A stretch of 64,000 nt of DNA, taken from assembly GCA_019752635.1 (NCBI GenBank), contig JAIELX010000059.1, forward strand, positions 63,191-127,190. The letters run 5' to 3'. Position numbers and translations under genes: made by a program. The notes beneath the pieces are model-generated. The model did no database searches and had not been told where the DNA came from. It saw nothing but the letters and a program-made list of their open reading frames with translations. Shown one piece after another: positions 26,937 through 37,185 of the stretch (its first letter is position 1; each line of letters begins with the position of its first letter). Source of the DNA: Candidatus Obscuribacterales bacterium. Its GTDB lineage: Bacteria; Cyanobacteriota; Vampirovibrionia; Obscuribacterales; Obscuribacteraceae.

Positions 26937-29540
26937 ATGACCAACTCTATGACAACTGCCGTCACGGCCGGTACTGAAAAGAAGAAGAGACCTGTCGGTT
27001 TTGATTGGCCTTTTCTCTGGTCCGAATGGAAAGACATGTTCAACCCGAAGACCGCTACTGCGGATGTTTGGGCTGGAGTCACCGTCGCGTTGGTCGCCCT
27101 CCCCCTCAACTTAGCGTTGGCAATAGCCGCTGGTGTCGAACCCGGGGTCGGCATAACCACCGGTATCATCGCCGGGGTCATCGGTTCACTGTTCGGCGGT
27201 CAACGTTATGCGGTCACCGGACCGGCTGCGGCCATGGCTGTTGTGCTTATCGGTATCGCTCAGACTTACGGTATCGGCGCTATCTGGATGGTCGGTATCA
27301 TGGCCGGTATGATGCAGCTAGTATCCGGTTCGTTGCGCCTGGGAAAATTGATCTCTTTCATTCCCATGCCGGTAATTACCGGCTTCGCGAATGCCATCGG
27401 CGTTCTGGTCATATTCAACTCACTAGATGATTTTCTCGGCTTGCCCACGAAGCCTATTGCCCACGCCGGGCAAGCTGCTCCTTTTCACGGTCACCCGTTC
27501 GTTCCTGAATTCATTCAGGACATCATCAGCCTTTTCTGGAATGTTTTTGTTCATCACCAGTGGAACTGGCAAGCCATTTGCATTGGCAGCCTGGTTCTTG
27601 GTTTGGCAGTTCTTACGCCGAAACTGACGAAGGTCGTGCCAGGACAGTTGGTTGCTATTGTAGTGGCATCTATAGTGGCTGCGATGTGTGCGTTTGAAGT
27701 ACCTCGCATCATCGACATTAGCTCAATTCCTACTACAGTACCGCTGCCGAAGTTTCCCTCGTTACCATGGGAACAGTTCGATACCCTGTTCCCTTCTGCC
27801 ATTACAGTTTTCATGCTTGGCTCCATTGAGTCGTTATTGTCCGCTTCAGTTGCCGATGGTATGACGATGTCCCGTCGTCACCATTCGGATCAGGAGCTGA
27901 TAGGGCAGGGGCTTGCCAATGTTGTGTCTCCATTTTTCGGCGGCATTCCGGTAACAGGTGTTATTGCCCGCACAGCGGTCAACATCAGGGCCGGAGCGCG
28001 AACTAGACTATCCGGTGTTGTGCACTCGATTGTCCTGATGCTTCTAAGTTTTGCGTTGGCAAAACAAGCTGAGCAGATTCCGCTTGCCGCACTGGGCGGT
28101 ATTCTTATTCTCACCGGTATCAGATTGGTTGAGTGGGAAGCAACTAAACAGATCTTCCGGGCGTCGCGTACGGAGGGCATGATTGTTCTTCTCACTACGG
28201 CTTTCTCCGTATTGATGGACTTGACCGCCGGGGTTGTGGTGGGATTGATTCTGACTTGCGGCTTGTTCATTAAACAGATGTCCGTCGTTAAAGTGGTGGA
28301 GCAGGAGTATGACCCCGCTGATCGTCGTGCTGTGGTCCGGCAACCTGTGCCATCCTGCAAATATGTCAGGACATTTTTGGTGGACGGACCGCTGTTCTTT
28401 GGTGCCGCCGAACGATTTACGGAAACTATCCTGCTGACCCAAAACCTGAAGACGGTCATTCTTCACATGAAAGCTGTCAGTGTCATGGATTTGACCGGTG
28501 CTGAGACCATACTGTCCATACACGCTCAGTTGAAGCGCAACGGTGTGCGTCTGATTCTGGCTGAGCTTCCGCACCAGCCTCTGGATTTGCTGAAACGCCT
28601 GAAAGCGCTGGAAAAAATTGGCACGGAGAATTTGTTCAAAGATTTCAAAGACTCCATCCTGTCAGCCAATCAGCAGCTTATGCAGACTTCATGCCATGGC
28701 TGCGCAAGCATTCTCAACAAGCAAGACGGTGATGAAGCCTCCTGCGCTGTCGAGCCTGGTCCCAAAGATTGTCGCCTTCGAAGTGCAATGGCGCAGAACA
28801 CGGATCAGATCGCCAACATTATGCGAATGCGGATGAGCGGTGGACCCGAGAAAGGTTCTTTAGCCACTTTGGCCACTCCCGTTGCCGATCAAAATCGCCT
28901 GGTCGGCATTGAGAGAATCGAGGACATTCCCGGGAGCATTCGTGGCACGCCATTTGAAGACCTTCTTGCTTGTCAGAACTTTTTCGACCCCGACGCAAAG
29001 ACATCGGGTACCGAAATGATTATTGGCTTGTGTACCGACTATAGGGCGCAAGGCCACTTACCGAAAACCTGCACTTTCGTTGTGCGTAGTCCAGGGGCGA
29101 ACATGCAGGACTCGGAATTCTCAATAGCCCTGGCTATTTCTTCCGGTGTCAAGTTTATGGCGCTTGTGGTGCACAATCGTTGTGTAATGTCGAATCCATT
29201 CGAAAGGCGCGAGCGTTTCGTGACGATGCTACAGGAAGAGCACGCCTGGAGCGCGGAGAAAGCCGAAACGTTCTTCGAGCAGAAGGCCGGTGCACTCGAA
29301 ATTGAAGATCCGATCGATTTCGCGATTTCGGAAGCGTCGCGACTGAGGACGTTGTTTCCGAGTTTGCGTGTGGTGCCGTTGTTTTACAATGTGGACAACG
29401 ACAAAATGTACGTGATCAAGGATTGGCTTCTTGAACAGGAATTCGACGCAGTCTCAGCGCGCTTGCTCGGGGTGCCAGTGTCGAGCATACCCGAATCTGC
29501 TGCCAGTACTACCGGCACCACCGCGGGCGGCGAAGAATGA
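26937..29540 (+). CDS. sulP: SulP/SLC26 anion (bicarbonate) transporter with STAS domain fused to a beta-carbonic anhydrase-like domain
   Basis: AGVTVALVALPLNLALAIAAG, GPAAAM, ESLLSA, QELIGQGLAN, IARTAVNIRAGARTRLS. STAS DGPLFFGAA/MDLTG. C-terminal CTDYR..RSPGAN..HNRC. Confidence 0.9.
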   Translation: MTNSMTTAVTAGTEKKKRPVGFDWPFLWSEWKDMFNPKTATADVWAGVTVALVALPLNLALAIAAGVEPGVGITTGIIAGVIGSLFGGQRYAVTGPAAAMAVVLIGIAQTYGIGAIWMVGIMAGMMQLVSGSLRLGKLISFIPMPVITGFANAIGVLVIFNSLDDFLGLPTKPIAHAGQAAPFHGHPFVPEFIQDIISLFWNVFVHHQWNWQAICIGSLVLGLAVLTPKLTKVVPGQLVAIVVASIVAAMCAFEVPRIIDISSIPTTVPLPKFPSLPWEQFDTLFPSAITVFMLGSIESLLSASVADGMTMSRRHHSDQELIGQGLANVVSPFFGGIPVTGVIARTAVNIRAGARTRLSGVVHSIVLMLLSFALAKQAEQIPLAALGGILILTGIRLVEWEATKQIFRASRTEGMIVLLTTAFSVLMDLTAGVVVGLILTCGLFIKQMSVVKVVEQEYDPADRRAVVRQPVPSCKYVRTFLVDGPLFFGAAERFTETILLTQNLKTVILHMKAVSVMDLTGAETILSIHAQLKRNGVRLILAELPHQPLDLLKRLKALEKIGTENLFKDFKDSILSANQQLMQTSCHGCASILNKQDGDEASCAVEPGPKDCRLRSAMAQNTDQIANIMRMRMSGGPEKGSLATLATPVADQNRLVGIERIEDIPGSIRGTPFEDLLACQNFFDPDAKTSGTEMIIGLCTDYRAQGHLPKTCTFVVRSPGANMQDSEFSIALAISSGVKFMALVVHNRCVMSNPFERRERFVTMLQEEHAWSAEKAETFFEQKAGALEIEDPIDFAISEASRLRTLFPSLRVVPLFYNVDNDKMYVIKDWLLEQEFDAVSARLLGVPVSSIPESAASTTGTTAGGEE

Positions 29541-29548
29541 GTGGCGTC

Positions 29549-29977
29549 CTATTGTTGCTGTTGACCACCGATGTTATTCATCAACGTATTCTTTAGCAGG
29601 GAACCAAATCCGCCACCCGTTTGCTGCGGTATTTGCTGACCCGGCATCATCTGTTGTTGAGGAAATCCTTGGTTCAACAATTGCTGTTGCCCCTGCGGTT
29701 GGATGAACACCTGCACTGTTCTGGGATCGGCTGCGTACATTTGACCTTGCTGCGTGACCGTTACATAAAACGCTTGACCGGAATACATGCTGGTCATCAT
29801 GTACTGGCCAGGCGGCAAATTGGTGTTTCCGGCAGGTGAACCGGCCACTTGTTGTTGACCGCCGAGGCCGCCCTGGGTTGCGGATCGTAGTGCATCTTTG
29901 AAGAAATTCTCTGCCTGGCAGGGTTGAGAGCACAGCAGGGCAGCGGCAAAACCTGCGAATACCAAATGGCGCTTCAT
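29549..29977 (-). CDS. Secreted Gln/Gly-rich hypothetical protein
   Basis: GAGGAG RBS, signal peptide ending QPCQA, Q-rich low-complexity sequence. Confidence 0.75.
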   Translation of the reverse strand: MKRHLVFAGFAAALLCSQPCQAENFFKDALRSATQGGLGGQQQVAGSPAGNTNLPPGQYMMTSMYSGQAFYVTVTQQGQMYAADPRTVQVFIQPQGQQQLLNQGFPQQQMMPGQQIPQQTGGGFGSLLKNTLMNNIGGQQQQ

Positions 29978-30244
29978 AGCAAATCTCCTCTCTACCCGGC
30001 GACGGGGAGAACCAGAACGGTGTGTGGGTCGTATTAATTGTACACCGATCCCGACTCGTCCCCGAAGCCGCCGTCAACAGCCTATCTGACTGTTTTCGGG
30101 GCTTTTGAGGTTCAAGGGCGGCCGACGGGCGCTCCCGGGACCTTTGTGAACCGGGGCTGGCAGATAAAATGAGTGCGAATTGCGAAACCAATCTGCTGCT
30201 TTAGGGGTAATAAATTAGTGAAGCTCCTGGAGAAAGTTGATGTG

Positions 30245-30883
30245 ATGAAAAGTAATTGTCTGTTTCTAGTTGCAGCAGTTGGCATGCTCGCATTTGCGCA
30301 AGTAGCCATGGCCGATGAACCCTCCGAGGGACCATTCCCCTCGCAGTTGTTGCCTCCCGCCCTGCAAAAACGGTTGCCTGCCGGAGCGCCGGGGCTGCGT
30401 CCCCGCCAATCGAGTATCAATTCATCCGAGTCTTCAATAAATATTCCGTCCATCATCACCGGCGACGAAGGCACTTTTCTGCATCCTAAACCGCAGAAAG
30501 ATCTAATTCAGTCCGCGCCGGGGCTATTGCCGAACAGGAGCAGCGGCGGCACACCGGGCTATAGACCGGCGGGATTGAATGCACTGCCTGCGGCAGGACG
30601 TGCAAGTGGTGGATTCCTACCAGCTGGGGGCGGCGCCGCCGGGGTAGAGCAGCTTCTGAATTCCGAGGGAGCGGCAGTGTTGCCGGACGGTTCTAAGCTT
30701 ACGCGTGATCCTGTAACCGGCGCCACCACGAGGACCACGAAAGAGGGATACAAATTTACGCAGAAACCTGACGGCACGTCCGTCTTCACTCGAACCAACG
30801 GTTTGGAAACCGAGCGCAGCAAGGATGGCCGCATTCGGATGAAGCAGAATGGACAATACACTGGTCGCGAGCTGAAGTTCTAA
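30245..30883 (+). CDS. Secreted hypothetical protein with C-terminal beta-hairpin (xxDG) repeats
   Basis: Signal peptide ending QVAMA. Repeats LPDGS, TKEGY, KPDGT, TNGL, SKDGR. Confidence 0.7.
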   Translation: MKSNCLFLVAAVGMLAFAQVAMADEPSEGPFPSQLLPPALQKRLPAGAPGLRPRQSSINSSESSINIPSIITGDEGTFLHPKPQKDLIQSAPGLLPNRSSGGTPGYRPAGLNALPAAGRASGGFLPAGGGAAGVEQLLNSEGAAVLPDGSKLTRDPVTGATTRTTKEGYKFTQKPDGTSVFTRTNGLETERSKDGRIRMKQNGQYTGRELKF

Positions 30884-30899
30884 CAGTTCGCTCCGCCTG

Positions 30900-32459
30900 T
30901 TATTGTGCTCGTTGCACTACCGTTATGACTTTCCACGGTCCGCTTGTGCGTTTTAAAATCGCATCCCAGTACCAGCTTGAAACATCAATCCACGATGTGC
31001 TGTCCGGCGCGATGATTGTCTCTCGAACCTTCAGCTTTTCACTTCCTCGGTTTGCTTCGAAGGTACTCCACCGAACACCGTTTGATTGCAAGAACGCCGG
31101 CTTTAGCTCGACTGAATAACCCATTCCTTTATAACAGTCGGATGAGGGATGAACTTGTCTCGATTCTTTGATAACTATGCGCCAGATGATGGTGTTGGTG
31201 CCGTCGGTGAAGAGGCGAACTTTGCCGGGAAAGCCGCTGAGAAACCTGTGCTGCTCCGCCGTTAGCGGTAATGGTGTGAGCGCACGATTCTCGAGTTTTG
31301 CCGGCCAATCGTATGCGCCCGAACTTGATTCCGTAGCCTGCGATCGATGCAAAAACGGTGCGGCTGCTCCACAAACCATCAGAATCGAGAGCGTGGCGGT
31401 CGCACTGAGCGAGTACCGGAAGGACCTCGGCGCCGGCGCTTCGGGCTTCGGTGCTACGAGCGACGCTTCCGGTGGGACGCCTTCGCTCCCGAGAGCAGGT
31501 TGCGTACTTACCTCGCGGGCCGAGGGCGGTTCAATGACATCGTCGATTGGGGGGCTGCGACCCGCGTTATTGGATTCGTTCGCCATGCCATCGGTCTGAT
31601 GCCGGTCCAGGGAAAGCCGGATGGAAGCGGTTTCTCCTGGAAACCTGTCCATGGAACTGCACTTCCGAACACTTCTCAGTGCAAAAGCTGCGATGATGCC
31701 GGCGGATAGAAGGAATGCCGCAACACCGACGGTCTGATGCAGGAAAGGCTCAAGATTGGACGTTTGTGTTCCTCGTAGCATTCCGGTTTCCAGGCAGTAG
31801 AGACAAGCTACTCGCAAAACGTTTCCTGCGATTGCCGCAAACACGGAGATTCCTGCTATGGCTGCTGAGCGCCACCAGGAGAAACCCATTGCGCTCGCAA
31901 ATGTTGCTGCCAGATAGGCGCAGAACCATAGCATCTTGATACCGCTGCACGGTGCGTCGACTTCCACGATGCCCGCTGCACCGGTAAGTTCCGTTCCGAT
32001 GGAGCTTACCGGTACGCCGAACATTCTCAAGCACACGCAAGAGAGCCACGCGACCACGTAGCGTAGCGGATAGCCAAAGTAGAAATTTGCTGTTGCTACC
32101 ACCGGCAGCGATAGAGTCACTAATGCCCAGTCGCCAGGCTTTAGGCTGCAGCATCGGGCTGCGCCGGATGCTATGAGTGCAATACTCATTATTGCAATGA
32201 GAGCCTGCACCGCTTGTGGTGCAAAGAGCGCAGCAAATCCATAAAGCAAGAGAACAACAGCGGGACCGATCGCCGAAGGCTTCCGAGCAAGAGGATTTTG
32301 ATTCTTTTGTCCTTTTCTCGAGAAGGCTAATGCGGCCAGAGTAACCAAAGCCACGATTCCCAATGGTTCATCTGAGCCGTCAGTTAGTCGCTCGAAATAC
32401 CAAACCCATACGGGCCAGAATGAAAGAACCTGTAGTAGCAGTAGTTGCCTTGGGGTCAC
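30900..32459 (-). CDS. Exosortase (exosortase Q-like) fused to an EpsI-like C-terminal domain
   Basis: Multi-TM. Catalytic EVDAPCSGIKML, GNVLRV and FLHQTVG. N-terminal RLTDGSDEPLG. C-terminal HPSSDCYKGMGY. Confidence 0.85.
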   Translation of the reverse strand: MTPRQLLLLQVLSFWPVWVWYFERLTDGSDEPLGIVALVTLAALAFSRKGQKNQNPLARKPSAIGPAVVLLLYGFAALFAPQAVQALIAIMSIALIASGAARCCSLKPGDWALVTLSLPVVATANFYFGYPLRYVVAWLSCVCLRMFGVPVSSIGTELTGAAGIVEVDAPCSGIKMLWFCAYLAATFASAMGFSWWRSAAIAGISVFAAIAGNVLRVACLYCLETGMLRGTQTSNLEPFLHQTVGVAAFLLSAGIIAAFALRSVRKCSSMDRFPGETASIRLSLDRHQTDGMANESNNAGRSPPIDDVIEPPSAREVSTQPALGSEGVPPEASLVAPKPEAPAPRSFRYSLSATATLSILMVCGAAAPFLHRSQATESSSGAYDWPAKLENRALTPLPLTAEQHRFLSGFPGKVRLFTDGTNTIIWRIVIKESRQVHPSSDCYKGMGYSVELKPAFLQSNGVRWSTFEANRGSEKLKVRETIIAPDSTSWIDVSSWYWDAILKRTSGPWKVITVVQRAQ

Positions 32460-35400
32460 GCCTTCTTCGCTGTTAGCAATCTGTTCCTGTACATCACTGC
32501 CGCCAATACACCCATTGCGGCGGCCAATAGAAGGTATGTGTCCGATTCTGGTACCAGGGGAGCCTGCGCACCCTCGGCCGATTGAGGCACCACCGTGCCA
32601 TTCGTCGCCCCGTCAAGCGTTTCGCCTGTTGTGCCAGACGCACCGGTCTGCGCCCCATCCATCGCGGCCGGCATTCCCCCGCCGAAAGTCTCTCCCTTCG
32701 CCCGTGCAGCGGCAGGCGCGTTGTCTAATTTATCGCTACTGGCTGCTCCTGAAGCCAGCCCTTCCATCAATGCTGGAGCCATTGGCTTTGCCATTTGTGC
32801 GGACATCTTGTCCGACTCTGTGCCTCTGCTTCTGAAGTCTTTTGAAGCAAACGAAAGTTCTTTGCCATTGAGGCTACTATCATTGTCTCCTCGCGGCGCG
32901 ATAGCCTGGTTAGCTCTGCCGAGGAAGCTCCCTGCAGGACATGGAGCCGGTGCTGGACTATCAGCGCAAGTTCGGGCTTCGGTCGCAGCTTTGCGAGCAT
33001 GCATCTGCCGAAACATTTGTGGTTCGACTTGTTTCTTCGCTTCATTGAACGATAGCTCTGTTTCCGGAGTCGGTTCCGTAATTGAGCTCAGTTGTCGATT
33101 GATGTCGTTGAGACCGCCGGTGGCGAGATAGTCGATGAAACTTTTGGTGACATTGACCTTCTTCTGCGGTTCGGAACTCACGCAATTTAGTTCAGGCACC
33201 TCAGTCACCAAAACCGCACTCGACATGGGCGTCACGATGTGATAACGCGCTGCCAGGTCGATCGCGTCTTGCTTGCTCTGATAGGTGTTCTCTCTCATGT
33301 CTTGGAGAACGCGGTCGTACGCCATTAGCTGCGCCAGATCGGAAACCGTGGCTTCCGCTCCGGGTACTGTTGCTGGCTTCAGTGCCTGCGAATCGTTGGC
33401 ATTGAAAGTAGAATAGATAAGGTGACCTACTTGTCGGTCCGCAGGCTTGGCTGCGCCTCTAGCCGCCACTACAGTTGGTGCTACTGCGCTGCGAACGATC
33501 TTGTATGCTTTTAGCTTTTGGGACCATGCGTCGAACAATAGTTTCAGGTCTTCGTCCACTTGCCCTGTGTGCGGTAACGTTTGAATCGAGGCCACTGATT
33601 CCATGCCGTCTAGAATCTGGTTCGGTCCTGACAGAATTTGCATGTCGTAGAGAATTGTGCGGTTGCCTGCGCTTTTTGCCAGAGATTGAATTACAGTCTT
33701 GTAGGGCGAGTCAATCGGTTGTGCTCCGTGAATCCAAAGTACAGCGCTGTTCGAGTCCGCGGATTCCTGGAGTGCTTCCCACAGATCTTGTCCGTCGATC
33801 TGTCCGCCGGAGCAAGGCATTCTTTTGAGCTGGTTTATAATCTCGTTCCGGTTCCCGGTCAAGTGCTGTTTCTTGTCGTCGCGCACGAAGAAGATCGACA
33901 ACTCCGTTTCTGCGGGCAGATTGTTGAAGGAGTCGGCGATAGCGTTGATGCTGGAGCCCATTGTTCCCGATCCGTCTATAACGGCAATGAGTTTGCGCGG
34001 CGCCTCCGCGGTGATGTCTTCGATTTTCTCTACGGCTATGTGTCCTGGTTCGCTCCAGGTATCGGGTGCACTGAAGGTGGTGGCTTTGACGTTGCGGGAG
34101 GCATGAATAATACCGTCACCGGAGGCTAACTTGGACGGATCGAGCGAACCGATCAGAGTGAACTTACCTTGTTCGTTCTTGCCGACCTTCAAATCCTTGA
34201 AGTCCGCTTTCATTTCGCCATTGGACGCCACCGAAATGGTGTGAGGGGCACTAATCTGGAAGTTGCGCTCCTCGAACTGCGGTAAGACTACGACGCCTTG
34301 ACGTTGGCGGTCCAGCTCCATCGGTGCAACTACGCCGAGGTGCAATCTCACCTCGCGCATGTCCGACGGTGGCACCGGAAATACTTGTACCAGTACCGAA
34401 TCTGTGCCTGTGGTGCTAACTAGAAGCGGATTCTTTTTCCGCGCCACCGCCTGCCGATAGATCTCTCGGGCCAGGCTGCGTACCGTGATGGTGGCTTCGT
34501 ATTCCTTCCCGTCGACTATCAGACTTGCTTTGTTGACCACGCCACCATGAGGGAGCTTAATGCGGGTGCGCACTTCGCGATCAAACTTGGATTTGTTTTT
34601 GAAATTTAGATACCAATCGAACTTAGCAATTGCCGCATTGGAATCGACTGTGCCGGACATGTCCGACTTGGAAACAGAAAGCCCTCGCGAGACTCCGCTC
34701 ACCATTTCTCCGGCGATGTCCGGATCAAGGTCAAACTCATCGTCTACCGCACCTTCAATGCCGTCGTCAGCAACAAATCCGGCGTTTCGCATAGTAGCGC
34801 GCGCTGATTCGGGAATCGGGAAAGAGTTGAAGGTGCGACCCGTGACTCGGTAAAACAAATCTCGCGCTTTTTCTATCGGCAGCGGGTCATGCGACTCGTA
34901 CATGGAGCCGACTATGTCCGTGGCCCGGCCCGAACGCTCGTAACACGCTCTCAGCATTACTTCCGGGGAGCCGAAGGCTCGAAGCAAATCTAAACCTTGC
35001 TGTCGGGTTTCAGGCTTGGAAGCCATACCCAGTGCAATTCTGGTGAATGTGGACGGGGTTTCCACTGCAACTACGAGCGTTAAAACCAACAAGTGCCCCA
35101 GATGCTTTACGTGGTGCCCGTCTACGTATGTGGTGTTTTTCGCCTTTTTGGCCAACAAAGAGCCGCCCTTCATCAAACTGATCAATGAAAGTAGCGGTGC
35201 CAGTCCCAGCAGACCAATACCGAAATAAAGAATGCCCAGCATGGATACATGAGTTATGGGTAAGAACATCAATGAATAAAGGATTGCGACACCGACTGCC
35301 ATGCCGTTGCAAAAGAGCATGAACGCATAGTGCGGGCTCATGTCCCATTTCAAACTCGCCCATGCCAGAAAGTTGGTAACAGGAATCAACGCGAAGAGCA

Positions 35401-35617
35401 TGGCGTGACCGCTGGTTGGCAGCGGGTCAAAAAATTGCTTGGCGCAAAAATGAGAATTGGATTCAACGAGCAGCGCCGCAAGAGGGAGCACTATGCCCCA
35501 CCAGAAAAGCATGCCCTCAACGAAGCCGCCGCCGGACTTTTTCTTAGTCGTGCCGATTTTCGGAATTGGACCGGAACCCTTGAGGTTGACATAACCTAAG
35601 TCGGCATCACCAAACAC
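32456..35617 (-). CDS. Membrane VIT + vWA domain protein with a PEP-CTERM-like sorting signal
   Basis: N-terminal TM bundle. VIT (FKNKSKFDREVRTRIKLPHGGVV...KKNPLLV...LVQVFPVPP). MIDAS-like VIDGSGT. C-terminal VPESDTYLLLAAAMGVLAAVMYRNR. Overlaps the exosortase start by 4 nt. Confidence 0.9.
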   Translation of the reverse strand: MFGDADLGYVNLKGSGPIPKIGTTKKKSGGGFVEGMLFWWGIVLPLAALLVESNSHFCAKQFFDPLPTSGHAMLFALIPVTNFLAWASLKWDMSPHYAFMLFCNGMAVGVAILYSLMFLPITHVSMLGILYFGIGLLGLAPLLSLISLMKGGSLLAKKAKNTTYVDGHHVKHLGHLLVLTLVVAVETPSTFTRIALGMASKPETRQQGLDLLRAFGSPEVMLRACYERSGRATDIVGSMYESHDPLPIEKARDLFYRVTGRTFNSFPIPESARATMRNAGFVADDGIEGAVDDEFDLDPDIAGEMVSGVSRGLSVSKSDMSGTVDSNAAIAKFDWYLNFKNKSKFDREVRTRIKLPHGGVVNKASLIVDGKEYEATITVRSLAREIYRQAVARKKNPLLVSTTGTDSVLVQVFPVPPSDMREVRLHLGVVAPMELDRQRQGVVVLPQFEERNFQISAPHTISVASNGEMKADFKDLKVGKNEQGKFTLIGSLDPSKLASGDGIIHASRNVKATTFSAPDTWSEPGHIAVEKIEDITAEAPRKLIAVIDGSGTMGSSINAIADSFNNLPAETELSIFFVRDDKKQHLTGNRNEIINQLKRMPCSGGQIDGQDLWEALQESADSNSAVLWIHGAQPIDSPYKTVIQSLAKSAGNRTILYDMQILSGPNQILDGMESVASIQTLPHTGQVDEDLKLLFDAWSQKLKAYKIVRSAVAPTVVAARGAAKPADRQVGHLIYSTFNANDSQALKPATVPGAEATVSDLAQLMAYDRVLQDMRENTYQSKQDAIDLAARYHIVTPMSSAVLVTEVPELNCVSSEPQKKVNVTKSFIDYLATGGLNDINRQLSSITEPTPETELSFNEAKKQVEPQMFRQMHARKAATEARTCADSPAPAPCPAGSFLGRANQAIAPRGDNDSSLNGKELSFASKDFRSRGTESDKMSAQMAKPMAPALMEGLASGAASSDKLDNAPAAARAKGETFGGGMPAAMDGAQTGASGTTGETLDGATNGTVVPQSAEGAQAPLVPESDTYLLLAAAMGVLAAVMYRNRLLTAKKA

Positions 35618-35958
35618 TATTCTGTCCTCTCTGCTAGGCTCGTTTCGGGATCAACACTAATCCTTTATTCCCTCCCGGGGGGCTTACGGTTCTGGTTTTT
35701 AGCGATCCGTAACTCTTGGGACTTCCATGCGGAGCTTCAGCCATTCTAAGTAATCTCGTCAGCTTCCGCTACGGGCTCGACCCCTGGCGTCCGACGTGTA
35801 AAACCGGTGAGCGGCTCCGTTCGATCTCCCGTGCAACTCCCGGGGTTTTTCCGGTGTCGAAATTTAACAAAGTCCTGACCTGCCTACAGCACTTTGCAGG
35901 CATTAGATGCTATTAAGACCTCGTAGCGTTCCCCTTGTCATAATAATTCGGGTCCATT

Positions 35959-36957
35959 ATGGTTGGATCGATTCATTTGCGACGAGGTACTTGCATGCCG
36001 CCCCGGTTCACCGACAAATACGAAAAAGCTCCGCGAAACCGTGATTCAGCATTTGATCGCAAACTCCAGCAGTTTCGCACGACGGGTGAGATCGATACCA
36101 ACAAAAAAAGCATGAAGTCAATCATGCAAGGCCTGGCGGCTCATTACGAGTACCGCTCAATGGACTCGAAAGCTGCTATTGAAGACCCCAAAGTAAGTGA
36201 ATTGGAGCGGATGGCGTTTATCGATCCGCTTACGGACAGCCTGAATGAGCGCTCCGTACTGGGTGAACTGAAGGATCAGATTCGTCGGGCCGAACGATAC
36301 AAACAGGCCTTAGGCGTCTTGATTCTGGAAGTAGACGACTATGAGCGCATCTCCAGTGAAGCTCCAGCCTTCGCCATAGACAATCTACTGCGTGGTGTGG
36401 CTAACATGCTGCGAAAGAGTATTCGCGAGGTCGACATCCTCGGACGTTCGGATGGCGGCAAGTTCATTCTGATTTGTCCAGAAACGTCTATTGGACAGCT
36501 CTGTGTCATGGGAGAGCGTTTGCGCAACCAATTCGCCACCTCTCGACTGGCTTCAATCGGCTATACCCTATCTGTTACCGTCAGCGGTGGTGTTTCATCT
36601 TATCCGCAGACTGGCAAATCAGCAGACGAAGTTCTCGCTGCCGCAACCAATGCTCTGAGCCAAGCTCGAAAGCATGGCGGCAATTACCTGGCCGAGCCGA
36701 ACGCGGAAGAAAATGTGCCCACCGGACTTTATGGATCGTTCACCGTGTCCAATGACGATGATCCGTTCCATAAAGATACCGTCGACTTCTCACCCACCGG
36801 CAATGATGAGCGCGAAGGCGAGGCCCTGCTGGCTGCGCTGACGAAGGAAAAGAGTACCGAGGTGGACACCAAGGCAACAGCCGAGTATGTCAAACCGAGT
36901 CCTTCCATGCTCAAACCGCCGCAAGCAAGCACGATAAGTGCCGAGTTACTCAGCTAG
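35959..36957 (+). CDS. Degenerate GGDEF-domain protein with an intact I-site
   Basis: AFIDPLTDSLNER, LILEVDDY, REVD-ILGRS-DGGKF, VTVSGGVS. The start may be 35995. Confidence 0.85.
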   Translation: MVGSIHLRRGTCMPPRFTDKYEKAPRNRDSAFDRKLQQFRTTGEIDTNKKSMKSIMQGLAAHYEYRSMDSKAAIEDPKVSELERMAFIDPLTDSLNERSVLGELKDQIRRAERYKQALGVLILEVDDYERISSEAPAFAIDNLLRGVANMLRKSIREVDILGRSDGGKFILICPETSIGQLCVMGERLRNQFATSRLASIGYTLSVTVSGGVSSYPQTGKSADEVLAAATNALSQARKHGGNYLAEPNAEENVPTGLYGSFTVSNDDDPFHKDTVDFSPTGNDEREGEALLAALTKEKSTEVDTKATAEYVKPSPSMLKPPQASTISAELLS

Positions 36958-36975
36958 CGGCCGCCAACAAAAATG

Positions 36976-37016
36976 AAGAGAAGAGGCGCAACGACCTTTG
37001 CGCCTCTTCTCTTTTT
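36976..37016. terminator. Bidirectional rho-independent terminator
   Basis: aagagaagaggcgcaa / ttgcgcctcttctctt perfect stem with A-rich and T-rich flanks, between convergent genes. Confidence 0.85.
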
Positions 37017-37098
37017 AAGCGCTCCGGCTCGCCGGCAAGCCTTCTTGCCTCGCGCTGCGCCCGGGCCAACGGCTACGCCAATCAAACCGGGACGTGGC

Positions 37099-37170
37099 AA
37101 CCAGCTGGAAGGCGGCGCTCCCGGGCGGAGGCTGCAGCAAAATCCCGGAAGCGCTGGCTTCCAGCCGGTT
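37099..37170. repeat. REP-like inverted repeat pair
   Basis: aaccagctggaaggcggcgctcccggg (37099-37125) and cccggaagcgctggcttccagccggtt (37144-37170) match at 23/27 positions in inverted orientation. Confidence 0.65.
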
Positions 37171-37185
37171 TGGACGCAGTTCCGG

